Of a DNA stretch of 64,000 bases, positions 1-10,273 are shown piece by piece. A program made the position numbers and the translations under genes. The stretch lies in the NCBI GenBank assembly GCA_012519815.1, contig JAAYPM010000112.1, positions 2,330 through 66,329 on the forward strand, given 5' to 3'. The stretch comes from Bacteroidales bacterium (GTDB lineage Bacteria; Bacteroidota; Bacteroidia; Bacteroidales; UBA1715). How positions within the stretch are numbered: position 1 is the first letter of the stretch; every line of letters begins with the position of its first letter. Below the pieces are notes generated by a model. That model was not told the origin of the DNA. It was given only the letters and a program-made list of their open reading frames with translations, and ran no database searches.

Positions 1-12
1 ATTAATTACATT

Positions 13-57
13 CAACTTTATCAAAACTTGTTAAAATAGAAAGTTTTGATAAAGTTG
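13..57. repeat. Perfect 17-bp inverted repeat with an 11-nt spacer, able to form a hairpin, 20 bp beyond the stop of the DUF1016 gene
   Basis: Arms CAACTTTATCAAAACTT (13-29) and AAGTTTTGATAAAGTTG (41-57) are exact reverse complements. There is no clean U-tract on the minus strand, so a terminator role is unproven. Confidence 0.7.
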
Positions 58-76
58 TGGGATTTTTATATAGTAA

Positions 77-1087
77 TTATATCTCTTTTTTCTTTTCAAA
101 ATTTTCCAATTTCTTATTTACTTCTTCTAATAATTGCTGTTCTGTTGGTAGATATAATTCGTATTGGCTTGCTATGATTTGTTGTTGATTTTCGGGTAGT
201 GTGAATTTCACAACCCCATCATTCTTGTTGGCACAAAGCAAAATACCAATGGTCGGGGTTTCGTGTGGTAGTTTTTCTATACGGTCGTAATAGTTCACAT
301 ACATTTGTAACTGCCCAATGTCCTGATGTGTTAATTTAGTAGTTTTGATTTCAATAATGACAAAACATTGCAAAATGCGGTTGTAAAATACCAAATCTAC
401 AAAAAACTCATCGCCCTCAATGTGTATTCTTTTCTGCCGTGCTACAAAAGAAAATCCATTTCCTAACTCCAATAAAAACTCCTGTAAGTGTGTGATAATA
501 GCGCTTTCCAAATCTTTTTCGTAGTAAGATGCTTCACGTTTTAGCCCTAAAAATTCTAAATACATTGGGTCTTTGATGATTTCTTTGGCATCGGAGGGTT
601 GTTTTTCGTTTTTAGCTACTGCCAAAACGCTTTCTTTATCATTGCTCAACAAAAGGCGTTCATAAAGACTGCTGTAAATTTGTCTTTCTAATTGGCGTAC
701 CGTCCAATTATTTTTTACAGTTTCAGCAATATAAAACTCTCTTTTATCCTGACTATCAACACTTAAAAGCAGTTTGTATTGGCTCCAACTCAATTGCGCA
801 TACAGTGTATGCACATTCTTGAATGTGCGGTAAAATTGTCGATAAAGGTTTATTTGTCTTACTGAAAAACCACTTCCGTATTCGGGTTGCAGCTGTTCTG
901 AAAGATATTTGATAAGAAACGTTCCATATTCTGCACGCTCTTTTCCCTCTTGTTCTTCTTCAAAAATACGTTTGCCAATATGCCAATACATCAGCGTTCG
1001 CTGGTGGTCAACGGCACGTATAGCCTTTTCTTTTGACTGGGCTATAATGGCTTTAATATCTGTTATAATAGACTGGTTTATAAGCAT
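77..1087 (-). CDS. PDDEXK-nuclease-fold protein, DUF1016/YhcG family
   Basis: 336-aa ORF. The N-terminal helical region (HQRTLMYWHIGKRI, GFSVRQINLYRQFY) and the C-terminal endonuclease-like core (EFFVDLVFYN...FVIIEIKT) are typical of YhcG/DUF1016. Confidence 0.75.
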   Translation of the reverse strand: MLINQSIITDIKAIIAQSKEKAIRAVDHQRTLMYWHIGKRIFEEEQEGKERAEYGTFLIKYLSEQLQPEYGSGFSVRQINLYRQFYRTFKNVHTLYAQLSWSQYKLLLSVDSQDKREFYIAETVKNNWTVRQLERQIYSSLYERLLLSNDKESVLAVAKNEKQPSDAKEIIKDPMYLEFLGLKREASYYEKDLESAIITHLQEFLLELGNGFSFVARQKRIHIEGDEFFVDLVFYNRILQCFVIIEIKTTKLTHQDIGQLQMYVNYYDRIEKLPHETPTIGILLCANKNDGVVKFTLPENQQQIIASQYELYLPTEQQLLEEVNKKLENFEKKKEI

Positions 1088-1367
1088 CTGAAAATTTTAT
1101 TCTTATTTGTTTTTTTATGGTTTGCCTTGAAAGTTCTTACGCACAAATATATAGTATTTTTTATAGTTTGCTGCTATGTACCTTATGTGTGTTGCAATTT
1201 GTTTGATTTTTAATCAGTAAGAAATAAATGTTGAATGTGCTGACGGTTAGGTGTTAAGTACTCATCGCTCCACATTATTATGTTTTGCTTTTTTATTACT
1301 GACGGTACTCTATGGAAAATTTCTCCGTATATTTGAATAAAATTTTTGATTAACACATTCTATTATA

Positions 1368-2834
1368 ATGACCAAAAAAACAGCAATGAAACGTTTTCTG
1401 TATCTTTTTTTTATATTAAGTATATTTGTTGGTAATAAAACATATGCCCATGCAGGCAAGTCAAGTTACCATGTGTTTATTGATAGCGATTGTGCTATTG
1501 ACGATTTTCGTGCTATAACAATGCTTTTGGCAGGACATGATATTCGCGTGTTGGGAATTACGGCGTCTTCGGGTTCGCTTCCTGCACATATAGGAACACA
1601 AAAAATATCTGAATTATGTGCAGATTTATATCATGAAGGTGTTCCGCAAGGTAAAGGAGATGAGGTACATATTCCAAAAGCTGAATGGGAAGATTTTGCA
1701 AAATCAATACAATGGGGAACTGCAATAAAAAAAGATGAAGAACAATCGGCAATGCAGGTGTTGTATACTGCCATACATTCGTATCAATATCCTGTAACGC
1801 TAATAGCACTTGGCTCGCTTACTACTTATGCGCAGTTTTTGCAAAAACATCCACAATACACAAAAAATATAGATAAAATTATATGGTATAATTCTATGCC
1901 TATTGAACAGGGATATAATTATGTGCTCGACACTGCAAGTTATTCGTTCATTGCAAAAAGCGGTGTTCCTTTGCATATTGTTTCAAACACGCGTGCCGAT
2001 TTAGTTTGTTCGAATGATTATATTTCTAAAATTTCAAAATCAGAATCAAAATATGCAAAAAAAATAGCAACTGTTCACACACAAAATACTGTTCAAAAAC
2101 GTATGAAACAAAATCATTTGCATTTGTGGGATGATTTAATTCCCTTATATCTTACAAATCCAATATTATTTACAAGCACAACAAATGGTTCAATAACTTT
2201 ATCTGAACTTTCTGCAAGTATTCCACTCGAATTTATTTATGAATCTATTGCTCTCATACTTGAATCATCGCAAGAATATGAAAATCGTGTGTTTTCGCAT
2301 TTTCCTATAGAATCGCATCTGTATAAAAAAGAATATGCTGATTTGCTCGAAAATATTTATGAAAAATATGGAGTTGAGGAATGGAAAGCGGTTGTTTTAA
2401 CAAATGAAATACACGGACACACAGGCATTTACTCAATAATTGGGGCGAAAATGGGAATACGTGCGTGTGAATATTTTAATGTGGGAGTAAATAATATATA
2501 TGTAACTACATATGTAGGAAGTTTGCCGCCTTTGAGTTGTTTTAATGATGGTGTTCAAATAAGTACTGGTGCTACTATCGGGCAGGGATTAATAAGAATT
2601 TCGGACACGGTATACGCTACGCCAACGGTTGCATTTACTTGTAATAATAAAACTGTGTATATGTCAATACGCGAAGATGTTGCTCAGAAAATTAGAGATG
2701 ATATTGCCTTTGGTGTGAAAAATTACGGACTTGAAAGCCTAAAATATTGGGATTATATAGAAGAATTAGCATTAGTGTATTGGCGTGATTTTGATAAAAG
2801 AGATATTTTTAACATATATACTACTCTTGAATAA
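1368..2834 (+). CDS. Secreted fusion protein: nucleoside hydrolase-like N-terminal domain plus FmdE-like C-terminal domain
   Basis: 488 aa with an N-terminal signal-like segment (FLYLFFILSIFVGNKTYA). The IU-nucleoside-hydrolase Asp cluster DSDCAIDD (DxDxxxDD) lies near aa 39-46. The C-terminal ~150 aa show FmdE landmarks (HGHTGIYSIIGAKMG, CFNDGVQISTGATIGQGLI), but several of the usual Cys positions are replaced. Confidence 0.6.
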   Translation: MTKKTAMKRFLYLFFILSIFVGNKTYAHAGKSSYHVFIDSDCAIDDFRAITMLLAGHDIRVLGITASSGSLPAHIGTQKISELCADLYHEGVPQGKGDEVHIPKAEWEDFAKSIQWGTAIKKDEEQSAMQVLYTAIHSYQYPVTLIALGSLTTYAQFLQKHPQYTKNIDKIIWYNSMPIEQGYNYVLDTASYSFIAKSGVPLHIVSNTRADLVCSNDYISKISKSESKYAKKIATVHTQNTVQKRMKQNHLHLWDDLIPLYLTNPILFTSTTNGSITLSELSASIPLEFIYESIALILESSQEYENRVFSHFPIESHLYKKEYADLLENIYEKYGVEEWKAVVLTNEIHGHTGIYSIIGAKMGIRACEYFNVGVNNIYVTTYVGSLPPLSCFNDGVQISTGATIGQGLIRISDTVYATPTVAFTCNNKTVYMSIREDVAQKIRDDIAFGVKNYGLESLKYWDYIEELALVYWRDFDKRDIFNIYTTLE

Positions 2835-2882
2835 ACTATATAAATGTGTTTGAAAACAGAATTGAGTAAGAGGAAGGCAGTG

Positions 2883-2914
2883 TTGTTAACTTACCAGTAA
2901 ATATTCTATATTTG
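2883..2914 (+). promoter_or_regulatory. Bacteroidota-type promoter for tgt (TTG -33, TATATTTG -7)
   Basis: TTG at 2883-2885, a 21-nt spacer, then TAnnTTTG match TATATTTG at 2907-2914, 15 nt upstream of the tgt ATG. Confidence 0.5.
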
Positions 2915-2929
2915 TGAAAAATTTATTTC

Positions 2930-4060
2930 ATGAAATTTGAAATTCATAATTCTGATACAAATTCACACGCACGAGCTGGAACTATTACAACAGACCATGG
3001 GAATATTCAAACGCCTGTTTTTATGCCTGTTGGTACCTTAGGTTCGGTTAAAGGGGTGCATTTTAAAGATTTAGAGCATGATATTCGTGCTCAAATTATT
3101 CTTGGAAATACATATCATTTATATTTACGCCCCGGACTTTCTACCATTGAAAAAGCGGGTGGATTACATTCATTTATTGGGTGGAATAAACCTATTTTAA
3201 CAGATAGTGGAGGATTTCAAGTTTTTTCGCTTTCCGATACACGAAAAATTACCGAAGAAGGTGCTATATTCAAATCGCATATTGACGGCTCTAAACACAT
3301 ATTTACACCCGAAAATGTTGTTGATACACAAAGAATTATAGGTGCAGACATTATAATGGCGTTTGATGAGTGCACTCCTTATCCATGTGATTATGAGTAT
3401 GCAAAAAAATCCATGCTTTTAACACATCGTTGGCTTGAACGAGGAATACATCATTTTAAAAACACACAGAATTTATATAATCATTCGCAAGCTTTTTTCC
3501 CTATAGTACAAGGTAGTATGCATAAAGATTTACGTCTTTGTTCTGCGGAATTTGTTGCCTCGCAAGATATGAAAGGTAATGCTATTGGCGGACTTAGTGT
3601 AGGCGAACCTGAAGAAAAAATGTATGAAATGTTGGCTGTGGTTACTAATGTTTTGCCTGTTCAAAAACCTCGTTATTTAATGGGAGTTGGAACGCCTGTA
3701 AATATTCTGAATGCAATAGAATTAGGGGTTGATATGTTTGACTGTGTGATGCCTACACGTAACGGCAGAAACGGAATGTTGTTTACATGGGACGGCATTA
3801 TTAACATAAAAAATAAAAAATGGGAACAAGATTATAGTCCCTTAGATCCCAAAGGAACTTCGTTTGTTGACAGTGCATACACAAAAGCGTATGTTCGGCA
3901 TTTAATTCATTCAGGTGAAATGCTCGGTGCTCAAATTGCAAGTATTCACAATCTTGCATTTTATATTTCGTTAGTTACCGAAGCTCGTAAACATATATGT
4001 AATGGAACGTTTTATGAGTGGAAAAAATCTATAATTACTAATCTATCTCAACGATTGTAA
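2930..4060 (+). CDS. tgt: tRNA-guanine transglycosylase (queuine tRNA-ribosyltransferase)
   Basis: 376 aa with canonical Tgt motifs: TPVFMPVGT, LTDSGGFQVFS, MAFDEC, DMFDCVMPTRNGRNG. Confidence 0.95.
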   Translation: MKFEIHNSDTNSHARAGTITTDHGNIQTPVFMPVGTLGSVKGVHFKDLEHDIRAQIILGNTYHLYLRPGLSTIEKAGGLHSFIGWNKPILTDSGGFQVFSLSDTRKITEEGAIFKSHIDGSKHIFTPENVVDTQRIIGADIIMAFDECTPYPCDYEYAKKSMLLTHRWLERGIHHFKNTQNLYNHSQAFFPIVQGSMHKDLRLCSAEFVASQDMKGNAIGGLSVGEPEEKMYEMLAVVTNVLPVQKPRYLMGVGTPVNILNAIELGVDMFDCVMPTRNGRNGMLFTWDGIINIKNKKWEQDYSPLDPKGTSFVDSAYTKAYVRHLIHSGEMLGAQIASIHNLAFYISLVTEARKHICNGTFYEWKKSIITNLSQRL

Positions 4061-4063
4061 CGT

Positions 4064-5143
4064 ATGTTTAAAAAATTAGATTTTTATATAATTCGTAGGT
4101 TTCTTGGAACGTTTTTTTTCTCGATAGTTATTATAATGGCTATTGCTATTGTATTTGATATTCAAGAGAAATTTGACGATTTTATTACAAAAAAGGCTCC
4201 GCTTAACGAAATCGTTTTTGATTATTATCTTAATTTTATTCCGTATTATGTAAATCTATTTAGCAGCTTATTTGTATTTATTTCGGTTATTTATTTTACC
4301 TCAAAAATGGCAAATGATAGCGAAATTATTGCAATTCATGCAAGTGGTATAAGTTTTAACCGTTTTTTACGCCCCTACATATTTGCCTCATTTATTTTAG
4401 CGGTATTGTCGTGGTTATTAATCATGTATGTAATTCCCGATTCTAATAAAATTCGCTTAGAATTTGAAGATAAATATGTGTTTTCTCGTATGCAAAATTG
4501 GGAACAAGATATTCATCGGCAGGTGCGACCGGGCATTTTTATTTATATTCGAAACTATAATGTTGACACAGAAAGTGCTTTTCAATTTTCTATGGAAAAA
4601 TTTGAAAACGGAAAATTAGTGTCAAAATTAAATAGTGCTCATGCACGCTGGAATGCCGAAATAGAAAAATGGCAGGTGTATGATTATTACATTCGTAACA
4701 TTACTGCTCATGGCGATTCTATTATAAAAGGGAGCGTAATAGATACGGTGTTTTATTTAACGCCCGAGGATTTTAAACAACGTACGGTGTATGTAGAAAA
4801 ACTAACATTAACAGAATTAAATGAGCAAATAGAAATTCAAACACTACAAGGCACAAGTACTGTAAATTTATTGTTGGTGAATAAATATCAACGTTGGGCG
4901 TATCCATTTTCTACGTTTATTCTCACAATTTTAGGCGTAAGTTTAGTTAATAAAAAACGAAGAGGTAGTACGGTAATAAATGTAGTTATAGGACTTATGC
5001 TTATGTTTACATATATTTTATTTATGCAAATTTCCACCACTTTTACTATCAAAGCCAGTCTTAATCCAATAATTGCAGTGTGGATTCCTAATATTGTATA
5101 TGCATGTATTGCATTATATTTATATGTAAAGGCTAAAATTTAA
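4064..5143 (+). CDS. LptF/LptG-family (YjgP/YjgQ) LPS export permease
   Basis: 359 aa with multiple TM segments and a large central periplasmic loop. It starts 4 nt after the tgt stop. Family pattern recognised by eye. Confidence 0.8.
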   Translation: MFKKLDFYIIRRFLGTFFFSIVIIMAIAIVFDIQEKFDDFITKKAPLNEIVFDYYLNFIPYYVNLFSSLFVFISVIYFTSKMANDSEIIAIHASGISFNRFLRPYIFASFILAVLSWLLIMYVIPDSNKIRLEFEDKYVFSRMQNWEQDIHRQVRPGIFIYIRNYNVDTESAFQFSMEKFENGKLVSKLNSAHARWNAEIEKWQVYDYYIRNITAHGDSIIKGSVIDTVFYLTPEDFKQRTVYVEKLTLTELNEQIEIQTLQGTSTVNLLLVNKYQRWAYPFSTFILTILGVSLVNKKRRGSTVINVVIGLMLMFTYILFMQISTTFTIKASLNPIIAVWIPNIVYACIALYLYVKAKI

Positions 5144-5193
5144 TTACCACATAAACATAATTCAAGTAAATAGCATTAGCATATAACAATGTG

Positions 5194-6432
5194 CTAATTT
5201 GTTAGCATATGTGCAAAATCACGATAGTTTTTTTCCGCATTATAGCGTGTTTGCCATGTTGCGTATGCATTATTTCGCATATGAGTTTTTTGCTGAGAAT
5301 CTAATGTGGCAATACGTGTAATTGCATCTGCTATTTCTTGCACACTTGTTTGAGCAGGAAGCAAATAACCATTATGCGAGTCGGAAATAATTTCATTCAC
5401 CCCACCTACATCTGTACCAATACAAGGAATGCCAAAACTCATGGCTTCCATTATTGATACTGGAATGCCTTCTGATGAACTCACATTAATAAATACATCA
5501 ACATGATTTTTTGCATAAAATTCTAAAACTTCTTGATTTGTTTTTTGCCCTGCAAATGTATATGAGCAATTAGTTTTTTCTGTAAGATATTTTGCACTAA
5601 GAGATTCTAAATCACCTCTAAGATGCCCATCGCCAAAGTGAATCCATTCAATAGGCAGAGAGTCAATGTTTGCAAGAGCTTCAATAATTTTGTGCACTTG
5701 TTTTACAGGAATAAGATTAGAACACGATATTATACGAATTGTAGTGTCGGTTTTGGACGGACAAACGCCAGCAGATAGTACTCCTAAACGCGACATATAC
5801 ATTTTATGACGAAGATTTGGAAATAGCTGAGAATAATACTGTTCCCCTGCATTTGAAATAAACCAAATACCATCTGAATGTTCTAAAATATAGTGCCGAA
5901 ACGGTAAATATTGAGCAACATTTGCTTCAAAATATACATCCCACCCATGTGCTCGTGAAATACAGCGAGTAAACGCATGTTTTGTGTGGAGTTTTGTAAG
6001 CGTACATGCCATATCGTTTGCCCAATACGAATATGCATACAGAGCATCAGATTTATGTGTACATGCACTAATAATTTTAGAAATTTTAGAACCAATAACC
6101 TTTGTTTTATGAAGTGTTTGCAGTGCCGTTAAAATCTGCAGTTTAGAAAACGATTTTTTATATGTTCGTCTAATAATTCGTAATTCTTTATAAAAAAGCG
6201 GATTACATAATTGTATAAACGACATGCATTTTTGTATGCGCGATAATTCATATGAAACTTGTGTACATGTAACAGTATCAGGCACATTTCGAGTAATAGT
6301 GTCGTGAGTATTGTTTGAAATCAGTATAATACGGTCAAATGTTTCGGCAAGATACTGTATTTCATGTTCAATAAATGTTTCTCCTGTGCCGTACGGAAAT
6401 GTTGCAGTGCAAAAAATAAGAACGCGAGCCAT
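5194..6432 (-). CDS. Glycosyltransferase, GT-B fold (family 4-like)
   Basis: 412 aa. C-terminal donor-binding motif EGIPVSIMEAMSFGIPCIGTDVGGVNEII. Confidence 0.8.
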   Translation of the reverse strand: MARVLIFCTATFPYGTGETFIEHEIQYLAETFDRIILISNNTHDTITRNVPDTVTCTQVSYELSRIQKCMSFIQLCNPLFYKELRIIRRTYKKSFSKLQILTALQTLHKTKVIGSKISKIISACTHKSDALYAYSYWANDMACTLTKLHTKHAFTRCISRAHGWDVYFEANVAQYLPFRHYILEHSDGIWFISNAGEQYYSQLFPNLRHKMYMSRLGVLSAGVCPSKTDTTIRIISCSNLIPVKQVHKIIEALANIDSLPIEWIHFGDGHLRGDLESLSAKYLTEKTNCSYTFAGQKTNQEVLEFYAKNHVDVFINVSSSEGIPVSIMEAMSFGIPCIGTDVGGVNEIISDSHNGYLLPAQTSVQEIADAITRIATLDSQQKTHMRNNAYATWQTRYNAEKNYRDFAHMLTN

Positions 6433-6697
6433 ATATATAAATTATTGTACAAATTATATAAAAATATTTGAAATTATTGGTAAATAAAAAAAAATTTATA
6501 TGTTTGCAACTGCAATACACATGATGCTATGAATTTTTTTATACAATGTAATATGTTTACTTGATATGAAGAACTTTTTGTTTTTCTCATATACTATATA
6601 TTGGAAAAATAGGGAGTTTATATTTTCTTCTCTCGTACTCATCGAAAATACCACGGTACCTGCCGCAAAAACAAGTATAAACATAAAAAAAATCACC

Positions 6698-7489
6698 ATG
6701 AAAAAAATTTGTTTTTTTATAAGTATTGTATGCTTTTTTCAGTGTAAACATGATGCTGGTCTTTTAGGTGAAGACAGCGGTAATTTTGCATTGGTAATAT
6801 CATATGATAAAGAAATGATATCACATCAAAATAATTCTCAAATAACTGATACTTCATTACTTAGCTTTTCTGATAAAATGAAAGAGACTCCTCAAATTTC
6901 TCGTGAATATTGGGACATAAAAGTGAGGAAAAATGGAACATGTAGAATGGAAATGACACAAAGAACGCCTACCATCTCATTTGGAGAAACTCCAAGCCTT
7001 GCACGTGATATGAATGCCGAAATTCATAAAATTATATATGATAACAATGAAGCGTATGTGTTTAATAATTCAAATCGCCTTATGTACACATTTCCATTTG
7101 AATGTCCTGATATGACAGACGTTCTTGAACGATATCAAGGAGTTTGTGCAGATACATATACTGCTTCTAACGAAGTATTAAAAAGTAGAGTGATTCCTGC
7201 ATCTCATATTCAAATAACTGATAATCAGTTTTATTCTGAATCTATGGGAAATTTAACAGAACGTGTTTTTTATGACACCGTTGCACAAGTTCTTGTAAAG
7301 AGCGAATTGTATGATTCTGTGTTTACCATGATAGGAAAAGATACCGTTGCATATGAAGAGCTTGCTCCCGGTCATTTTGTGCCCATATTTGAGGGTTATA
7401 CATCGTATCTTGTAAATACGTTTGGACAACCATATACTCATGAAAGCTTTACTACTTATTTGAATGTTACTGTAGTTTCAAATGAATAA
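6698..7489 (+). CDS. Hypothetical lipoprotein
   Basis: Lipoprotein signal MKKICFFISIVCFFQC at the internal Met. The ORF-track start at 6566 adds 44 non-signal residues. No recognisable domain. Confidence 0.6.
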   Translation: MKKICFFISIVCFFQCKHDAGLLGEDSGNFALVISYDKEMISHQNNSQITDTSLLSFSDKMKETPQISREYWDIKVRKNGTCRMEMTQRTPTISFGETPSLARDMNAEIHKIIYDNNEAYVFNNSNRLMYTFPFECPDMTDVLERYQGVCADTYTASNEVLKSRVIPASHIQITDNQFYSESMGNLTERVFYDTVAQVLVKSELYDSVFTMIGKDTVAYEELAPGHFVPIFEGYTSYLVNTFGQPYTHESFTTYLNVTVVSNE

Positions 7490-7519
7490 AAAGTATGTGC
7501 AATTTTAAAATATAAAGAA

Positions 7520-8935
7520 ATGAAAAAAAGATATATATCAATTATAGTGGCCTTATTATCATGTGTTTATGGCGCAATGGCACAAGGCGTAGACAATGCT
7601 CCAGCAGTTGTATTTCTTCATGGTATGAATGGAAGTGCATCAAGTCTTATGTTTCATTATTATCGAATCAATAATTATCAAAAAATACACTTAATTAATC
7701 GTGCAACAAAAATATATAGTCCTATAGAATATCGTTCGGTTATGGGTGTTGAAACATCTGCTTCTGATGTGGAAAATGTTATATATGGTTTTGATCGGAA
7801 TTTTTATAATCGTCCCAAACGAATTATTATTGCTCATAGTATGGGAGGACTTGTTGCTCGAAAATGGCAAGTAAATAAAAAATTTTCCTCAAATAAACAG
7901 GCTTACACGGGGCTTATTACTCTTGCAACGCCACATTCTGGGACTGCAATTGCGTCTCTTTTAAATTCAGAGCAAGGGGCACGTACTTTTCAAAGTAATA
8001 TGGAGTCTGCAACTAAAAGTATTCTTGAAGGAGCTATAAAAAACCCTGTAAATGCTATTTCAACAATTGTTAACGCAAAAATATGGGTAGCTATTCGAGC
8101 GACAACTGCATTGTTGCCTGGTTTAGAAAGATTGATTGGAAAAACATTTGAACGAGGAATAGAAGCAGCATTTAATTATATAAATTTATATGAAAATTAT
8201 ATTGTGCCAAAAGTTACCGGTTCTCATAGAGTGTTACGTGACTTGGCGTATAACTCAGATATTATTAAAACAATTCAAACTCACGATAAAAATGCGTGCT
8301 CCTTTCAATATGATACACTTACTTATAAAATAGCATTGTATGGTGATGAGATTGCACCGAGCGTGTTTCGTATGATTTCCGCATCGTTTTGGATAGATAA
8401 AAATAAACATAGATATGATGTTATGCCACATGATAAAATAGATGAAGATTTAATACATTTATTTAATGAACTGTCAGCATTTTTTCGTGTGAATGCCGAG
8501 CAAAACTTGCAAAGTATAAAATGGTATATGTTACCTAAAAAACGAGATGACTATAAAGAAAAATCAGCAGCTTGGACAAGAAGTGCAGATTATCTTAATT
8601 ATTCATTTCACTCTGTTTGGCAAAATTTATTAGGTTTAATTACGGTAAAGTATGAAACAAAGACAGTAACAAGTATCATTGGAGGCAGTAAAACTTATAG
8701 TATTCCACGAATTACAGAACTTCCTAATGATGGACTTGTGATTAAAGAATCTCAAATTGCAATGCAGGGTGCGTATGAGAAAAAATTAGTTGAAATTAAT
8801 CATGAAGAAATGAAAGTGCATAACGATGCTGGAAATGCATTAGAGAGAATTCTTTATGGACGAGACGAAGGATTGAGTCGGAATCCACAATTAAGTAAGC
8901 ATAAAGAATTTTTTCAATTATATGGTAAAAAATAA
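7520..8935 (+). CDS. Secreted alpha/beta-hydrolase, lipase-like, with a large internal insertion
   Basis: 471 aa with a signal peptide. Contains the oxyanion-type VVFLHGMNGS, the nucleophile elbow AHSMGG (Ser107) and LITLATPHSG. The candidate acid and base residues appear only near the C-terminus: NDGLV (Asp404) and INHEEM (His428). Confidence 0.65.
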   Translation: MKKRYISIIVALLSCVYGAMAQGVDNAPAVVFLHGMNGSASSLMFHYYRINNYQKIHLINRATKIYSPIEYRSVMGVETSASDVENVIYGFDRNFYNRPKRIIIAHSMGGLVARKWQVNKKFSSNKQAYTGLITLATPHSGTAIASLLNSEQGARTFQSNMESATKSILEGAIKNPVNAISTIVNAKIWVAIRATTALLPGLERLIGKTFERGIEAAFNYINLYENYIVPKVTGSHRVLRDLAYNSDIIKTIQTHDKNACSFQYDTLTYKIALYGDEIAPSVFRMISASFWIDKNKHRYDVMPHDKIDEDLIHLFNELSAFFRVNAEQNLQSIKWYMLPKKRDDYKEKSAAWTRSADYLNYSFHSVWQNLLGLITVKYETKTVTSIIGGSKTYSIPRITELPNDGLVIKESQIAMQGAYEKKLVEINHEEMKVHNDAGNALERILYGRDEGLSRNPQLSKHKEFFQLYGKK

Positions 8936-8968
8936 TTATTCTTTATTAATAATGTTAACACTTTAAAT

Positions 8969-10252
8969 ATGAATAAGTTTTTATTGTTTTACATCTGTTT
9001 TTTGTTAGCCTCGTGCACAGCGTGTAAAGAAAAACCTATAGAACCGTTTCAGTATAAAACAGAAATGGATTCTTTGTATTATAGAAATGGAATTTTGATG
9101 CAAATTCCGTATAAATGGCGTACTCCTATTTCTGACGAATATTATAAACGAGGGTATATTGATCAACCTACGTATTATAACAATGCCGCATTATCTTGTT
9201 TAACGTTTGATGGGAAAATACATTATGCAATGCTTGATGCTGCCAATGGAGAAAAACAATGGATGTCGTGTTTATCCGAACCTTATATTTATTATGAAAA
9301 TGCATTATTAAATTTTTCGCCTTTTTATCATGATAATGAAACCGTGATTTATAGTTATGATGATGTTATGTATAATCTTGATTTACGCACTGGCACTCAT
9401 GTGTGGGAAATTACACATCCAGAAGTGAGAAGTTGGGCTTCATTTTATCCAAGAATTACCGGAATAGATTCTGTGTTTTTTATTGCAGCTTGTCAAGCTT
9501 CTATTCCGCATAGAGTTGCAAATGCTATGTTTCGAGGAAATAAAGCAACAGGGGAGTTGGAGAAATTATTTATTGTAGAACAATTTGATTCAATTTATTC
9601 AGAAGCAATTGACATAACGCTTTCATTTCCTGCCAAAATTAATGATACTGTGTATCTTATGTGTGGTTACGAATTTCAAGGAGATGGTCGTATGGGACTG
9701 TTTAATACAGAAACAAAAACTTGGGTCTATAAAGATATAGACACTCCCGGACATGGTTTTATGGCTTCACATTATGTTGAGGGCGATAAATGTTATGTAT
9801 CAATGGCGGGCGCCACAATGCTTCAAATGGATATTATGACGGGCGAAATTCTGTGGGAAAATTTATTGGATTCGTTTATAAGTAATGTTGTGATTGTAGG
9901 GGATTATATTATGTGTGCGCAACCCGAATTTTGTTCTGACCCCGAACTTTGTCCAGAATCTGGACGTTATGCAGCTGTTAATAAACATACAGGAGAAACA
10001 GTGTGGGTGCGTACGGATATTTCTTCTGTATCGGTAAATTATTATTTACAGGAATTAAATGGAGTTGTGTATCATACTAATGGGCTTTTAGTTGCTGTTG
10101 ATGCCGAAACAGGAGAAATATTTTGGGAACTAAAACCAAATGATGGAGGTAGATTTAGTGATTATACGGTGGTTCCTGGTGTAAATGGGAAAAAAGGTCG
10201 TGTAATTGCACGGAGCGAACGATATGCATATTGTTATGAAGCAGTACGCTAA
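8969..10252 (+). CDS. PQQ-like (BamB-type) beta-propeller repeat lipoprotein
   Basis: Lipobox LLASC. Blade motifs recur: LDAANGEKQW, DLRTGTHVWE, DIMTGEILWE, NKHTGETVWV, DAETGEIFWE. Confidence 0.7.
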   Translation: MNKFLLFYICFLLASCTACKEKPIEPFQYKTEMDSLYYRNGILMQIPYKWRTPISDEYYKRGYIDQPTYYNNAALSCLTFDGKIHYAMLDAANGEKQWMSCLSEPYIYYENALLNFSPFYHDNETVIYSYDDVMYNLDLRTGTHVWEITHPEVRSWASFYPRITGIDSVFFIAACQASIPHRVANAMFRGNKATGELEKLFIVEQFDSIYSEAIDITLSFPAKINDTVYLMCGYEFQGDGRMGLFNTETKTWVYKDIDTPGHGFMASHYVEGDKCYVSMAGATMLQMDIMTGEILWENLLDSFISNVVIVGDYIMCAQPEFCSDPELCPESGRYAAVNKHTGETVWVRTDISSVSVNYYLQELNGVVYHTNGLLVAVDAETGEIFWELKPNDGGRFSDYTVVPGVNGKKGRVIARSERYAYCYEAVR

Positions 10253-10273
10253 GTAATGCGAATAGAAAGGTGT

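Noticed and set aside
6566-6697. Upstream extension of the lipoprotein ORF. The same issue applies to the ORF-track starts at 10256, 18643, 24364, 33500, 24178, 56425 and 14578.
   Set aside because: In each case an internal Met gives a proper signal peptide or the conserved N-terminus and removes overlap with the neighbouring gene. The long forms add non-homologous leader residues.
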